From a virus (taxonomy: Duplodnaviria; Caudoviricetes): 64,000 nt of DNA. The position numbers and the translations under genes are program-made. Numbering within the stretch: the first letter of the stretch is position 1; every line of letters begins with the position of its first letter. The stretch covers positions 60,581 through 124,580 of the IMG/VR virus record IMGVR_UViG_3300028048_000080. The stretch is one strand, 5' to 3'. Under the pieces are notes generated by a model. It worked only from the letters and a program-made list of their open reading frames with translations. It was not told where the DNA came from and searched no databases. Of the stretch, positions 10,370 through 20,618 are shown piece by piece.

Positions 10370-11241
10370 TATGAATCCCTCCGTTTAATCGTAACAGTTG
10401 CCTGGTCAATATTTATTGCACCGTCAAACACAAATTCGAAGGTTTGGGGGAGTTCATCACAATTAACTCGAGTATCGGAAACCAAAGTGGCTATAATTGC
10501 CTCTGAAGGCGTTTCTTCTTCTGGCGCGAATACTACAGGAGTATCGTCCTTGGTGTAATCCACTATTTCTGGAATACCCGGACGAGGTTTTGGTTCTGGC
10601 TGCGGATTAGGCACCGGAGCAGGCTTCTCTTTAGGAACCGTAAACGTAACTGCTTTAGACCACTGCCCGTAATCATCATCTTTGACAGCCCTAATACGAA
10701 CATAATATTGTTTAGCGGGCAATATGGTAGAAAATGACGGTGGGGTAGCCGGCTCGCATTCAATCATGTTATGAAGCACGATATCAAAGAAACCGCTATC
10801 GGTAGCCACTTGGAGTTCGTACTTATAGCAGAAATCTTCAGGTTTACCTTCTTCTTGCCAAACAATATTAACTTCCTGCCCCTGTTCGATAGCTTCGAAC
10901 GTAATGGGGCTGATTATTTTAACCGAGGTAGTTACGGCGCTTTCGAATACTACCTTAAGAGCTTTTAAGGGTTCAAGTTTATCGCCGACGACATCTTCGA
11001 TATCGGTAGTGGTAGTCAAGCGATAATCTGCGCCTACTTGTATCTCGGGTATGACGGATATAATGATTAATCTCCTATCACAACTGAGTGTGATAGGAAT
11101 CATTTTGGCTGAAGACGGAAGTGCCAGACATACACTGTCTGGCGTTACCGTATCTTCATCGATATCCGAAGAGCACTTAAGTATAATTGTTTTGTCTTTT
11201 AGATTCGTCTTTACGGACAATACCTGTATTCTGTGCTCCAT
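10369..11241 (-). CDS. Ig-like plus fibronectin type III domain virion protein
   Basis: YRLTTTTDIEDVVGDKL (Big_5-like); W...YELQVATD...YYVRIRAV...GQWS (FN3). Confidence 0.7.
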   Translation of the reverse strand: MEHRIQVLSVKTNLKDKTIILKCSSDIDEDTVTPDSVCLALPSSAKMIPITLSCDRRLIIISVIPEIQVGADYRLTTTTDIEDVVGDKLEPLKALKVVFESAVTTSVKIISPITFEAIEQGQEVNIVWQEEGKPEDFCYKYELQVATDSGFFDIVLHNMIECEPATPPSFSTILPAKQYYVRIRAVKDDDYGQWSKAVTFTVPKEKPAPVPNPQPEPKPRPGIPEIVDYTKDDTPVVFAPEEETPSEAIIATLVSDTRVNCDELPQTFEFVFDGAINIDQATVTIKRRDS

Positions 11242-11251
11242 GGGTTACTCC

Positions 11252-11743
11252 TTATTCTTTGTCGGCAGCTTTCTTGCGGCCACCCTTTTTACCGGCTTTT
11301 TTGGGTTTTTCCTCTTCTGCGGGAGCTTCTTCCTCGACTTCTTCTGCGGGTTCTTCAGCTTTTACTTCTTCCGTTTTGATCTCTTCGGGCTTAGCATCTT
11401 TTACGTCGCCGCCGTCTTCAACTTTTACGTTTTCTACGGGAGCTACGGCTTCTTCGAGCTTAACAGCTTCTTTGAATACCGGTTTGATTTCTTCCTGAAC
11501 ATTGGAAGCCAGTTTCAGCTTATCGCCAACCTTGACGATTTTAAACGGAGGAATTTCACCGCCGAGCGTACCGTCAACCAAACGAATTACGCCATCGCGT
11601 ACAGCACGACGCAGACGAGCGCAGTTGGTGCCGCTATATACATGAGCCGTCGGAGCACCGAGCGTCAAATGAATACGGGAAAGTTCATCGTAAAAACCTA
11701 CGCGGCCTGCGGCCAGTTTAATCGTTGCAATAACTTCTCTCAT
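11252..11743 (-). CDS. Small protein with acidic/Lys-rich tail, downstream of capsid
   Basis: Strong RBS; typical post-capsid position. Confidence 0.65.
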   Translation of the reverse strand: MREVIATIKLAAGRVGFYDELSRIHLTLGAPTAHVYSGTNCARLRRAVRDGVIRLVDGTLGGEIPPFKIVKVGDKLKLASNVQEEIKPVFKEAVKLEEAVAPVENVKVEDGGDVKDAKPEEIKTEEVKAEEPAEEVEEEAPAEEEKPKKAGKKGGRKKAADKE

Positions 11744-11763
11744 GAATTTATTCTCCTTACAAT

Positions 11764-11794
11764 AAAAATGGAGGCGACTATGAAAGCCGCCTCC
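11764..11794 (-). terminator. Intrinsic terminator after major capsid gene
   Basis: ggaggcg/cgcctcc stem with an A-tract on its left. Confidence 0.7.
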
Positions 11795-11811
11795 TGCTTA
11801 TCTGCTTACTA

Positions 11812-13068
11812 TCAGGGGTTTACAGTGCCAGCAGCAAGATTCGTGTCAATCGTAACCTTCGGCGGAACCGGATAGGTCGGAGCAACAGCGATATTCTTTG
11901 CAACCGTGATACCGCGACCATTGTCGAGGATACCAACGCCGTAGCGTTCCTTAACCTTGAGCATCCGCAGGTCGCGTTCCGGATCAACCCAGTTGTCCGT
12001 CTGCAGGCCTTCACGTTCAGCGATAACGCCGACGTTGTTGCGGTCGATGCAGTACATATCGAAGCGCTTGTTCTGCTTGTCGAACTTGACGAACGGGGAG
12101 AAGTTAACCGTGAGAGGAACAGGCAGACGACCCTGTACCTGGCCAGGATTCATGATAAGCTTCTGCGGGCCCTGTTCAGCGGAAAGACCAGCGAAGCCCG
12201 GCGTACCCTGCGTAGCACCCCAAGGATGAACCTGGTTGCCGCCAAATGCGCCATAAGACAGACCGTTGCCGATCATGGAGTTACGAGCGAAGATTACCCA
12301 AGTCAGCGGGTGCATGATGATATCCGTCGGAGTCTGGTCATTGCCCATCAGAGCGAGTACCAAATCAAGGAAATCTTCTACGCTGAACGTATCATTGAAG
12401 TTGCCATTTTCATCGCGGCCGGTCGTGCCCAGTTCCTTCTGCTGCTGACGGCGAGAGTTATCAAATACCGTCCAGCCATGCGTAGAGAAGCTGTTAAAGC
12501 ACCATTCTTCCTTGTAGCGTGCCATAGCGCGGCCCATCTTACGAACGTTGATGCCGTAGATATCCCAGCTGGCGTCAGAAATGGTTTCTTCGGAGATTTT
12601 TACCTTCAGACCGATCTTCTTAACACGGATCTCCAAACCACCGTTTTCGATCGTGTTAACATCGATGTAGTCTTCATTGTAACGGCCGCCCTCGCCGACT
12701 TCTCCTGCATGGAGTTCGCCGATTACGGGAACGACGTACGTTACACTGGAACCGCCGTCAACATGAACAACGCTCATGAAGCGGGTAGCCAGATATTCAG
12801 GTTCAGCAGCTTCACGCAGCTGGCCTTCGATAACTTTCGGAATGAGCTGGATAACGTCCGTAGACATCAGGCCTTCCTGAATGGTCGAACGACCCTTATC
12901 AAAGTTACCGTTGATATTCAGAACCATCTTTTCCATGAGGTCAAAAGTCTTGACGTCAACAGACGGTTTTTCTTTCGTTTTGCCTTCTTCAAAAGCCACG
13001 GCCTGCTTCTTAGCTTCTTCGCGGAGCTTCTGAATATTGGCCAAGGTTTCCTGTAAACTAATAGACAT
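11812..13068 (-). CDS. Major capsid protein (HK97 fold)
   Basis: LIPKVIEG...EVGEGG...KKIGLKVKISEETISD...PTDIIMHP...KERYGVGIL. Lies after the protease, shows high-expression codon bias and is followed by a terminator. Confidence 0.9.
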   Translation of the reverse strand: MSISLQETLANIQKLREEAKKQAVAFEEGKTKEKPSVDVKTFDLMEKMVLNINGNFDKGRSTIQEGLMSTDVIQLIPKVIEGQLREAAEPEYLATRFMSVVHVDGGSSVTYVVPVIGELHAGEVGEGGRYNEDYIDVNTIENGGLEIRVKKIGLKVKISEETISDASWDIYGINVRKMGRAMARYKEEWCFNSFSTHGWTVFDNSRRQQQKELGTTGRDENGNFNDTFSVEDFLDLVLALMGNDQTPTDIIMHPLTWVIFARNSMIGNGLSYGAFGGNQVHPWGATQGTPGFAGLSAEQGPQKLIMNPGQVQGRLPVPLTVNFSPFVKFDKQNKRFDMYCIDRNNVGVIAEREGLQTDNWVDPERDLRMLKVKERYGVGILDNGRGITVAKNIAVAPTYPVPPKVTIDTNLAAGTVNP

Positions 13069-13134
13069 TTAGTGTCCTCCCTTTATGGTAAGGGCTTTCC
13101 CTCCCATTCTAGGGAGGGGAGCCTCTTCACTATC

Positions 13135-14772
13135 TTATTTCGTGAGCAGAATCTTAACGGAACCGATGCAGCCGTCCCAATCCATGAAGGTCGGAACGCC
13201 AGCCATGCCACGCTTAGCGTAGCTCAGAACTACGTCTACGCCTTCAGCTTTGTCCTTCAGCAGTTCGTCAGCCTTATCCTTGTCGGCTACGGCGATAACG
13301 ATATAACCCTGTTCAGCGTTAGCGTACTTAACTACGAATGCACCGTCGCACAGCTTAGCACCTTCAACACAGTTAGCCTTAGCTTCGCCATTGATGGAGA
13401 TCTGCAGGTCTTCTACGTTAACATCCAAATTCTTGAAGAACATGTCAATGTAGTCCTTGCCGCCGGCATAATGGATCGTACCAGCTTTGAAATCAGGCTT
13501 CTGCGTCTTAACGGCGTTGTAACCATCGGTCAGACCCGGGATACCCAGATCACTGTACTGATATTCCGGATTCATGCGCGGATCGAACGTGTCGAGACGA
13601 GCCGTGGAAGCCAACATGTGCAGATCGTTATTGAGATAATTTTTGTCGTACGGATAGCCGTAAGGCTTACCTTCGCTGTTAAACGGAGAAGTATTAACAG
13701 CATCTTCGCCGCGACGGTTGTTCTTAGCGTAGAGGGCCGGATTGAATTCATCGCTCTTCAGACGATCTTCAAGAGCCCAAGTAGCCCACTTAGCAGCGCC
13801 TTCCGGTACGAGTTCGTGATTTACGCTGTAAATCTGGCCGATAACCTGCTGACGTTCCAATTCATATTCAGCGAGGGACATCGTAGCAACGATTTTCGGG
13901 AAGGACAGCGGGGAAAGAACGAAACGACCGTTTTCATCGGACTTAACGAGAGCGCCCGGGAAGAATGCGCCGTAAGCGGAACCCCAGAAGTTTTCTTCTG
14001 CTTTGTCCTTGTATGCGAACCAGGGCATTTCAACCATTGCGTCCGTAAGGAACGGGCCAGGCATGATGCCGTTGAACGCATCATCGTCACGAGTGTATTC
14101 GTTGCGTTCGAGCATACCAATCGGATGGTTGCCAACGCGTACGTTGTTAACAGTTACGCCATCTTTAGCTACTTTACCGGTAGCGGCATCAATTTCGAAG
14201 CCTGCTTCAGCGAGCTGATCAGCCGGAGCTTTGAATTCAACGCTTGCATTGCCAGCTACTTTAGCGAACGGACGATAGCAGGTATCGGAGTACGTGCCAT
14301 CTACGCCAGCCAGCGGAGTCCATTCTTTGTAAGCATTCAGGAGCTGCTTGCCCTGTGCTGCGGCGGATACGATTGCCTTATCCGGGTTGCCGCCGAAGGA
14401 CGGATACAGATCGCCAGCTTCACGCAGACGGACCGGAGCACCGCCGTTTGCCAGCGTTACCGTATTGAACTGCTTCTGGGATTCAAAATCAACGAGATCC
14501 ATATTCGGATCGGTTGCTACGATACGGCCTTTCGGGATAACAATCTGGTTAAAGCCCTGAGCAAAGCCATACTTGAAGAGTACCGGCAGACGATAGTCGA
14601 ACAGATATTTGATGTTCGGTACGTCATGCTGGGACGTATTCATGAAGTTCTGGGAGCGATTGATGCGGTCCGCACCATCACGGTAGCCCGGAAGATTCGG
14701 GTTAAAAATCTGACCACGAGCACCAGGCTGGAGGTGTTCGTTACTTGTATAATCTCTTGGAGCTAATGCCAT
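13135..14772 (-). CDS. Abundant capsid-associated structural protein (decoration/cement-like, 545 aa)
   Basis: Between protease/scaffold and capsid, with the same codon bias; VIPKGRIVA motif. Confidence 0.6.
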   Translation of the reverse strand: MALAPRDYTSNEHLQPGARGQIFNPNLPGYRDGADRINRSQNFMNTSQHDVPNIKYLFDYRLPVLFKYGFAQGFNQIVIPKGRIVATDPNMDLVDFESQKQFNTVTLANGGAPVRLREAGDLYPSFGGNPDKAIVSAAAQGKQLLNAYKEWTPLAGVDGTYSDTCYRPFAKVAGNASVEFKAPADQLAEAGFEIDAATGKVAKDGVTVNNVRVGNHPIGMLERNEYTRDDDAFNGIMPGPFLTDAMVEMPWFAYKDKAEENFWGSAYGAFFPGALVKSDENGRFVLSPLSFPKIVATMSLAEYELERQQVIGQIYSVNHELVPEGAAKWATWALEDRLKSDEFNPALYAKNNRRGEDAVNTSPFNSEGKPYGYPYDKNYLNNDLHMLASTARLDTFDPRMNPEYQYSDLGIPGLTDGYNAVKTQKPDFKAGTIHYAGGKDYIDMFFKNLDVNVEDLQISINGEAKANCVEGAKLCDGAFVVKYANAEQGYIVIAVADKDKADELLKDKAEGVDVVLSYAKRGMAGVPTFMDWDGCIGSVKILLTK

Positions 14773-14789
14773 TGAAAAATTCCTCCTAC

Positions 14790-16097
14790 TTATTTACGTG
14801 CGGACATAATGTCGCCAAAAATGTTTTTCAGTCCGGCTTTGAGATCGATCTGTTCAGTCTGTGCCGACTCTTTGAGCTCGGGAGCCTTAAGAGACGGATC
14901 TTGTACACTGCCTGCTGCCGCCGGATCAATAGCTGCTTTCGGCTCTTCTTTTTTGCTTGCCGCGCTTTTCTTGGACAGGGATTCTTTCATATCCAAGATA
15001 GAATATTTGAGCGCTTCCACCGGACGTTCTTTGATGGAGTCTACGTTTTCAACTTTGTCGCCCATCGCTTCGCGAAGAGTTACGTAAGTTTCCGTCATAG
15101 ATTCCTTAAGAGCCGCCTTAGTGTCAGCAATTTCTTTTTCCATGCTTTCTTTCAGCTCAGCAGCTTCTTTTGCCGCCGTTTCCAAAGCGCTTTTCTGCTC
15201 GGTAAGTTCGGTAACCTGCGCCGTCAGTTTTTCAACCGATTCGGTCAGTTCCACGACTTTGCTTTCAGAAGCCGTCTTTGCCTCGGTCAGTTCAGTGACT
15301 TTCGTCTCCAACTCAGAAACTTTAGCAGTTGCTTCTTCCAGCTTGGCCTTCATTTCTTCTGGCATGTGCTGTTCTCCTTTATTTTGCAAGTTTTTATCGA
15401 GGCTTTCCTTTAACTGAGGCTGATTGCTCGATTTCTTGTCCTGCGCAGGATAGTAGTCAGTGTTCTTGGCATACATATCGCTGGGGACATCAACATAGGA
15501 TAACTCTTTGGCTTCCATTGCGTGAACATCCCAGTAACAAATTTCGGAAGTGCCATCATCTTTCTGGCACGTCGAACCGCGTTCATGGCCATTGGGACAT
15601 CCTTCTTCAACGTCCGTAATGGGTTCACCACAAATGGAACAACGAACATCATGGGCAATAACGCCTACGGAAGTGGTGGAGAGAAGCCCGTTTTTTACTC
15701 CTTCGATTGCCGCCTGGTCAGGAACGTTGACGGTAAACTTAAGAGCCGGCGTACCAGAGCGCGTATCACGGGTTACATATTCCGCCGCGATAATACGACC
15801 GATGGGCTCTCCATTTTCTTCGTTATGATGTTTAAGAAGTGGTCTGCGATATGGGTTGGTCCATGAAGGCACGGAGGCTTTCAAAGCTTTCGCCGTATAT
15901 CGCGTAAAGTTTCTAGTGGCAAACGGAACTGCGTGAAGTCCTTCGATTTCAACCATCAGGCTGTTCGGATCCAACGCATCCACATTGCTTTTAGGGGCTT
16001 TGGCGCCTTCAGTCAGACTGACCGGCGCATGATAATCGCTTACCCGCTTAGCAAAGCTTTTGCCGTTTTCCACAAACTCTCTAATCATGATTGCCAT
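14790..16097 (-). CDS. Prohead protease fused to coiled-coil scaffold
   Basis: HHN...PIGRI, TTSVG, CSICG..CPNGH insert, KELSYVDVPSD; C-terminal heptad-rich region. Confidence 0.85.
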   Translation of the reverse strand: MAIMIREFVENGKSFAKRVSDYHAPVSLTEGAKAPKSNVDALDPNSLMVEIEGLHAVPFATRNFTRYTAKALKASVPSWTNPYRRPLLKHHNEENGEPIGRIIAAEYVTRDTRSGTPALKFTVNVPDQAAIEGVKNGLLSTTSVGVIAHDVRCSICGEPITDVEEGCPNGHERGSTCQKDDGTSEICYWDVHAMEAKELSYVDVPSDMYAKNTDYYPAQDKKSSNQPQLKESLDKNLQNKGEQHMPEEMKAKLEEATAKVSELETKVTELTEAKTASESKVVELTESVEKLTAQVTELTEQKSALETAAKEAAELKESMEKEIADTKAALKESMTETYVTLREAMGDKVENVDSIKERPVEALKYSILDMKESLSKKSAASKKEEPKAAIDPAAAGSVQDPSLKAPELKESAQTEQIDLKAGLKNIFGDIMSARK

Positions 16098-16102
16098 TTT
16101 TT

Positions 16103-18223
16103 TTACTTCACCTGCCTTTTAGTTCCCAGTGTGCATCTACAATATGGATGAAACGCCGGGATGTCATCCAGGCTGAAGTTTTTGGTGTGGATTACTTTAT
16201 TATGCTCTTTTTTGTCGTCGGAGCTATTAAAGTCCACGTAAACCTGTTTGATTCCTAGTGCGGCGCATGTTTTAACATACGCATACCACTGGGCTTTGGC
16301 CGCTACTTGGTCGGCCAGGAATCGGAGCCTGTACTCGGAAGAATTAAAAGCCGCTTCTTTCTCTTCCTTGTTTTTAGCCCCTTTGAGCTTCGTTTGAATA
16401 TCTTTAAACATATCGTTTAAATGCTTATCGATACGAGACTCAATGACGGACGACCCGATATTTGGCTGCGTTTCCGGTATTTCGCCAACATCCTTAATCG
16501 CTTGAGCGTAGCCCGTAAGAGCTTCTTTCTTTACGTAACGCTTAAGACTACCGGCAAGATCGTCACGGATCAGCGGAAGCACGATGTAGTCATTTTTCGC
16601 GCCGTCTTCACATAATTCATTACGCACTGAATTATATTTTTTGTAAACTGCGCCGAATTTTTTCCTGTAGTCTTCGATATTAGCGTCCGTTATTTTCTGC
16701 CGTTCCTTAACGGTACTTTCTTTTAAATCGATTTGAGCGTTCTCTTTTATATGCGCAGAACTCGTTCCATGCTGGTTTTTGGGGGCCATGGTATTGGAAG
16801 CGGAGCCATTTGGCTTGGCCGATTTTGCCGGGCCACTGTTGCCGTTGCCGGATGCGCCCGTAGTAGCAGCTTTAGCCTGAGTAAGTGCAAGTTCAGCCGG
16901 CGTAACAATCATATTCTGGTACAGGCGGGATTCATCCACCGTATCGCTGCGAAGGCCCATTCGTGTACGGTATTCGTCATAGGTAATACCGTTACCCTGC
17001 AGAATATTAAGAGCGTGGGTTTCCATCTTAACTTTGGTATCCAGATTGATTTCTTCGAACTTGAAATGTACCTGGTCCTGTACATTGGTAATAGGATCAT
17101 AACCACCTTCCAAGAGAAGTTCTAAGATAACAAAATTCTCCATGAAAGTGCTTATAGTCCGCTGATAAAACTTGACGGCATCATGCGTCTGTTCTTCCAT
17201 AGAGTCGGCATCCTGCTTTGCGCCGCCACGACCGCACTGAGCTGGAGACAAGGATAACGCGGAGAATACGCGCGCCTCGTGATATTTTAGATAGGGTACT
17301 AAATCGATAGCATGACCATCAGCGCCGATTATATTGAATTCTGTGCGTTCATTGGTAATCAGGATGCCATCATCGGCCAGACGTTCTACTTCTTTTTGGG
17401 CGTCTTTAATTTCCTGATTGGTAGCCATCATGCCGGCCTGTGGAATGCCGACCTTCATCTGATAGAGGGGAGCGGCGTAGCGATAACCCAATTTTAAGGC
17501 GAGGCCTTCCAGCTTGCGGAGAATCTTGACGTCTTCCAAGGCCGCCTCGATACGAGGCGTGCCGAACGCGGCGCCGCCTTTCTTGTCGATATAAAAGTGG
17601 ATTACGTCTTCTGGCTTGTAAGCCTTCTTATCGTTGCCAACCTGCTGCTGATAATTTTTAATCGTACCGTTCTTATCACGCTTAATCTGAATAGTGGTGG
17701 GGTCTACCCGGAAATAGCCGGCTACGGGTTTCTGAGATAAAGCACCTTTTGCCTGCACGGACGATACTTTCACTTTGTCGTCGCGGCTAATAAGCAGGAA
17801 TGCATTGGAGTAGGCGACCAAATCATCGGCGATTCCTTGTAAGAGAATGTCCATAGGGGTGCGGGTAGTAAAGCTCATCAGGTTGAAGCGTTGCTGGATA
17901 TATTCCGCCGCCGCGTCATTATCGGATACGATGTGATAACCGGCTTTAAATATAAGCTGGGAATATTTAGATACGGCGAGCTTTACGTAAGAATCGGCGC
18001 CGATAGCGTCACGGATTTCGCCCAAGTCAGATTCAGGGGGAGCGAAATCGTTATTGCCGCCGGTATCAATGTTACCAACGGCTTTTACGACGAAGTTCTT
18101 AACGTTTTGCGGCGAAATATTTAAGCTTCCGCCCGCTTCATTTATATTGACGGGAGCCTTGGGGGTAGTTTTAGCTACGCCGAGGTTTTCTAAGTACCCC
18201 CGTATCTTCGCGATAGGATTCAT
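16103..18223 (-). CDS. Portal protein with C-terminal MuF/SPP1-gp7-like domain
   Basis: NAFLL, RVDPTTI, YKPEDVIHF, FGTPRI, ITYDEYRTRMGL portal motifs; C-terminal IPAFHPYCRC. Confidence 0.85.
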   Translation of the reverse strand: MNPIAKIRGYLENLGVAKTTPKAPVNINEAGGSLNISPQNVKNFVVKAVGNIDTGGNNDFAPPESDLGEIRDAIGADSYVKLAVSKYSQLIFKAGYHIVSDNDAAAEYIQQRFNLMSFTTRTPMDILLQGIADDLVAYSNAFLLISRDDKVKVSSVQAKGALSQKPVAGYFRVDPTTIQIKRDKNGTIKNYQQQVGNDKKAYKPEDVIHFYIDKKGGAAFGTPRIEAALEDVKILRKLEGLALKLGYRYAAPLYQMKVGIPQAGMMATNQEIKDAQKEVERLADDGILITNERTEFNIIGADGHAIDLVPYLKYHEARVFSALSLSPAQCGRGGAKQDADSMEEQTHDAVKFYQRTISTFMENFVILELLLEGGYDPITNVQDQVHFKFEEINLDTKVKMETHALNILQGNGITYDEYRTRMGLRSDTVDESRLYQNMIVTPAELALTQAKAATTGASGNGNSGPAKSAKPNGSASNTMAPKNQHGTSSAHIKENAQIDLKESTVKERQKITDANIEDYRKKFGAVYKKYNSVRNELCEDGAKNDYIVLPLIRDDLAGSLKRYVKKEALTGYAQAIKDVGEIPETQPNIGSSVIESRIDKHLNDMFKDIQTKLKGAKNKEEKEAAFNSSEYRLRFLADQVAAKAQWYAYVKTCAALGIKQVYVDFNSSDDKKEHNKVIHTKNFSLDDIPAFHPYCRCTLGTKRQVK

Positions 18224-18237
18224 ATATATTCTCTCCT

Positions 18238-20517
18238 TTAAGAGCTGAGTTCAGCCAGCTCTTTCATCAGTTTGCTACGGTTACGACTGGCTTTGACCAA
18301 TTCGTTATGACGCAACGTGGAATGTCCGGTTTCTTTTCTCTCTTTTTTGATATCAGCCAACTGCGCATCCAGCTCGGCGATATCTTGCTTAATCTGTGCT
18401 ACGCGCTTTTTGCGCTGAATCAGTTTGTCATCATTTTCATAGTCTATGCGATTGTATTCCGGATATTTTTTCTGGGCATCTTTTTCATGGGCGTCTTTCT
18501 TTTGGGATTCAACTTTTTTACTGCTGTTTTGTTGAACTATGACTTTTGAAAGCGCGTTAGTGACGCCCTTTTCAAGATCTTTGCTGATATTCCCGATAGC
18601 TTTTTGCGCCACATCATTTATAGTTTTATCTACAGACTTAGTGTCGATAATTTTACCCAGTATGTTGTTACCGGCAATGGCACCGGTAAGTTTACCAATA
18701 GGATTCTTGAGAGCGGACGAAGCCAGTTCACTCCAAAGACCTGCGGTAGAGGTAGAGCCGGAAATGATGCTGTTGGCAGTAGTGGACTTTTTGTCCTCCT
18801 GTGCTTTTTTAGCTTCTTCCTTCTTAGTCTCTTCCTTCTTGGAGTCTTCTGCCTTGGCTTCTTCTTTCTTGCCTAAGCGATCTTTGTACTGAGGTAACTT
18901 GGCCAATTCAGCATCGGCGGCAGCTTTATCATAGCCTTGATCCATAAGATATTTAATGTCATTTTCATACTGCTCATCAGAAGCCTGCTCAGTTTTGTCG
19001 CTATCAGTAGATTCGTCATCTTTTTTGTCCGCATCTTTTTTGTCCGCATCTTTTTTGTCGTCTTTGTTTTCACTTGCGTCTTTATCGAAGCCGGAACCTT
19101 TTCCGTCGCCGAGCTGTCCGGCGTCGGTAGCCAATTTAGCAAATTCAGCTTCAGACTGATCAAACGCATAAATATCGACGTTATTCTTTAAGAGCTCTGC
19201 CTTGGCCTGAGCTTCTTTGGTGGTCAAATCAAGTATGTCATTAGTAATCATTACCGAGGAGTTCAAGTATTTGTACATATCGTATAAGCTGGCTTCATAC
19301 GCATTGTCGTACGTTGCACGCGATTCTCTAAGCAATGAATTGCTGTGCGACTCAGTAAAATTAGTGGAATCCTTGTATTCCTCGGAGTAATAGCGTTTTC
19401 GTTGCTCATTGGCCGCGTGCCATGAACGCATATGCATAAGAGTTTTGTCCGTAGAGTGCGTCTTATGAAACATACGAGAAATCTGATTACGTTGCACCTG
19501 AGAACGTACGATATAATCTCTTAAATGTTCTAGGCCTTTATTAGCGGGCACTTGAACGTAATCGCCGTCAAAGTCTTTCGTCAGATCATCAATAGAACTC
19601 ACGCCGCAGTCAGCCATGATGGCCATCATCTGCTGAAAATATTTCTGCATTATGGTTTGAAGTTTCTGCACGTAGTATTTATCCAATTCAATCTGATCTT
19701 TAGCGTAGCTATCCTGAATAAGCTGTACCAGAGTTTTAGGTTGTTCGACTTTAAGCACTATATTGCTCATTTGAGGAAATAGCTGAGGCAACTGATCTAA
19801 ATCAGGGTTATCGTTAATAGCCGTATCGTAAAAATTGATAATATCGGGAAGTGTTCCGGGTGTATATCCAGACTGCCATCCATCTTCGATGTTTGGGACA
19901 TGAGATTGTACGTGCCGTTCGATGATCCCTGGTTTTTCCACTATGGGCTCTTCCGACGGTCCGTATTCGCGCTCTCTAGGCTCCCAGGGGTAATGCCGAG
20001 TTGGGCCTTGGGTTCCTTTAGTGGTAGAGCCAGGGGTGTAGGTATGTGGTTTTGGCCCTCCGCCTTTATTCGTTCCAGGAGTATAGGTTCCGGGAGTATG
20101 GGATCCAGGCTCGTACGTTCCTCCATGAACATACGGGCCTTCGGTATACGTACCCGGCTGATAGGGGGTGGGCGGATTCCCACTTTCTTCAGGAGGAGTT
20201 GTCTCTGGAGAGGTGGGGTCCGTAGGCGGCTCATAGGTAGAAGGTACATACACCCCCGGAGGAAAAGCTATAATTACCCGCTGTTTTATTTTCTTAATGC
20301 TTTCCTTCATATGCTGAACATCTTCGGGAAGCAGGTGGTATATTTCTTCTATCTCCTTTAGATCATCTACGATTTGAGTCGGAGAATCGTCTAACGGTTC
20401 CTCAAGTGGCTCAGGGGGCACGAGAGGGAAGTATGTTATTTCGCCGTCGGAAAGATATTCTCTTTCTGGACGTAGCTTGGGACGATATAAAAGTTTGTCT
20501 TTATCTAAATCGTTCAT
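18238..20517 (-). CDS. Large hypothetical protein with low-complexity repeats (759 aa)
   Basis: Between TerL and portal; YxPG(T/S) and DKKDA repeats flank a helical core. Confidence 0.7.
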   Translation of the reverse strand: MNDLDKDKLLYRPKLRPEREYLSDGEITYFPLVPPEPLEEPLDDSPTQIVDDLKEIEEIYHLLPEDVQHMKESIKKIKQRVIIAFPPGVYVPSTYEPPTDPTSPETTPPEESGNPPTPYQPGTYTEGPYVHGGTYEPGSHTPGTYTPGTNKGGGPKPHTYTPGSTTKGTQGPTRHYPWEPREREYGPSEEPIVEKPGIIERHVQSHVPNIEDGWQSGYTPGTLPDIINFYDTAINDNPDLDQLPQLFPQMSNIVLKVEQPKTLVQLIQDSYAKDQIELDKYYVQKLQTIMQKYFQQMMAIMADCGVSSIDDLTKDFDGDYVQVPANKGLEHLRDYIVRSQVQRNQISRMFHKTHSTDKTLMHMRSWHAANEQRKRYYSEEYKDSTNFTESHSNSLLRESRATYDNAYEASLYDMYKYLNSSVMITNDILDLTTKEAQAKAELLKNNVDIYAFDQSEAEFAKLATDAGQLGDGKGSGFDKDASENKDDKKDADKKDADKKDDESTDSDKTEQASDEQYENDIKYLMDQGYDKAAADAELAKLPQYKDRLGKKEEAKAEDSKKEETKKEEAKKAQEDKKSTTANSIISGSTSTAGLWSELASSALKNPIGKLTGAIAGNNILGKIIDTKSVDKTINDVAQKAIGNISKDLEKGVTNALSKVIVQQNSSKKVESQKKDAHEKDAQKKYPEYNRIDYENDDKLIQRKKRVAQIKQDIAELDAQLADIKKERKETGHSTLRHNELVKASRNRSKLMKELAELSS
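19017..19060. repeat. 15-bp tandem repeat x3 (catcttttttgtccg) encoding DKKDA
   Basis: Units start at 19017, 19032 and 19047. Confidence 0.9.
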
Positions 20518-20537
20518 TAATTTCTCCTGTAATAATC

Positions 20538-20564
20538 AAAAATGCCGGCACAGAGCCGGCATTT
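20538..20564 (-). terminator. Probable intrinsic terminator after terminase
   Basis: aaatgccggc/gccggcattt stem with an A-tract. Confidence 0.6.
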
Positions 20565-20618
20565 AAACGGGAAAGGGGATATATAATAACGGGTGGAGAG
20601 AAATGAAGCATCCCGTTA

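Noticed and set aside
13072-14766. 564-aa plus-strand ORF (also 12226-13056)
   Set aside because: Antisense shadows of highly expressed head genes.
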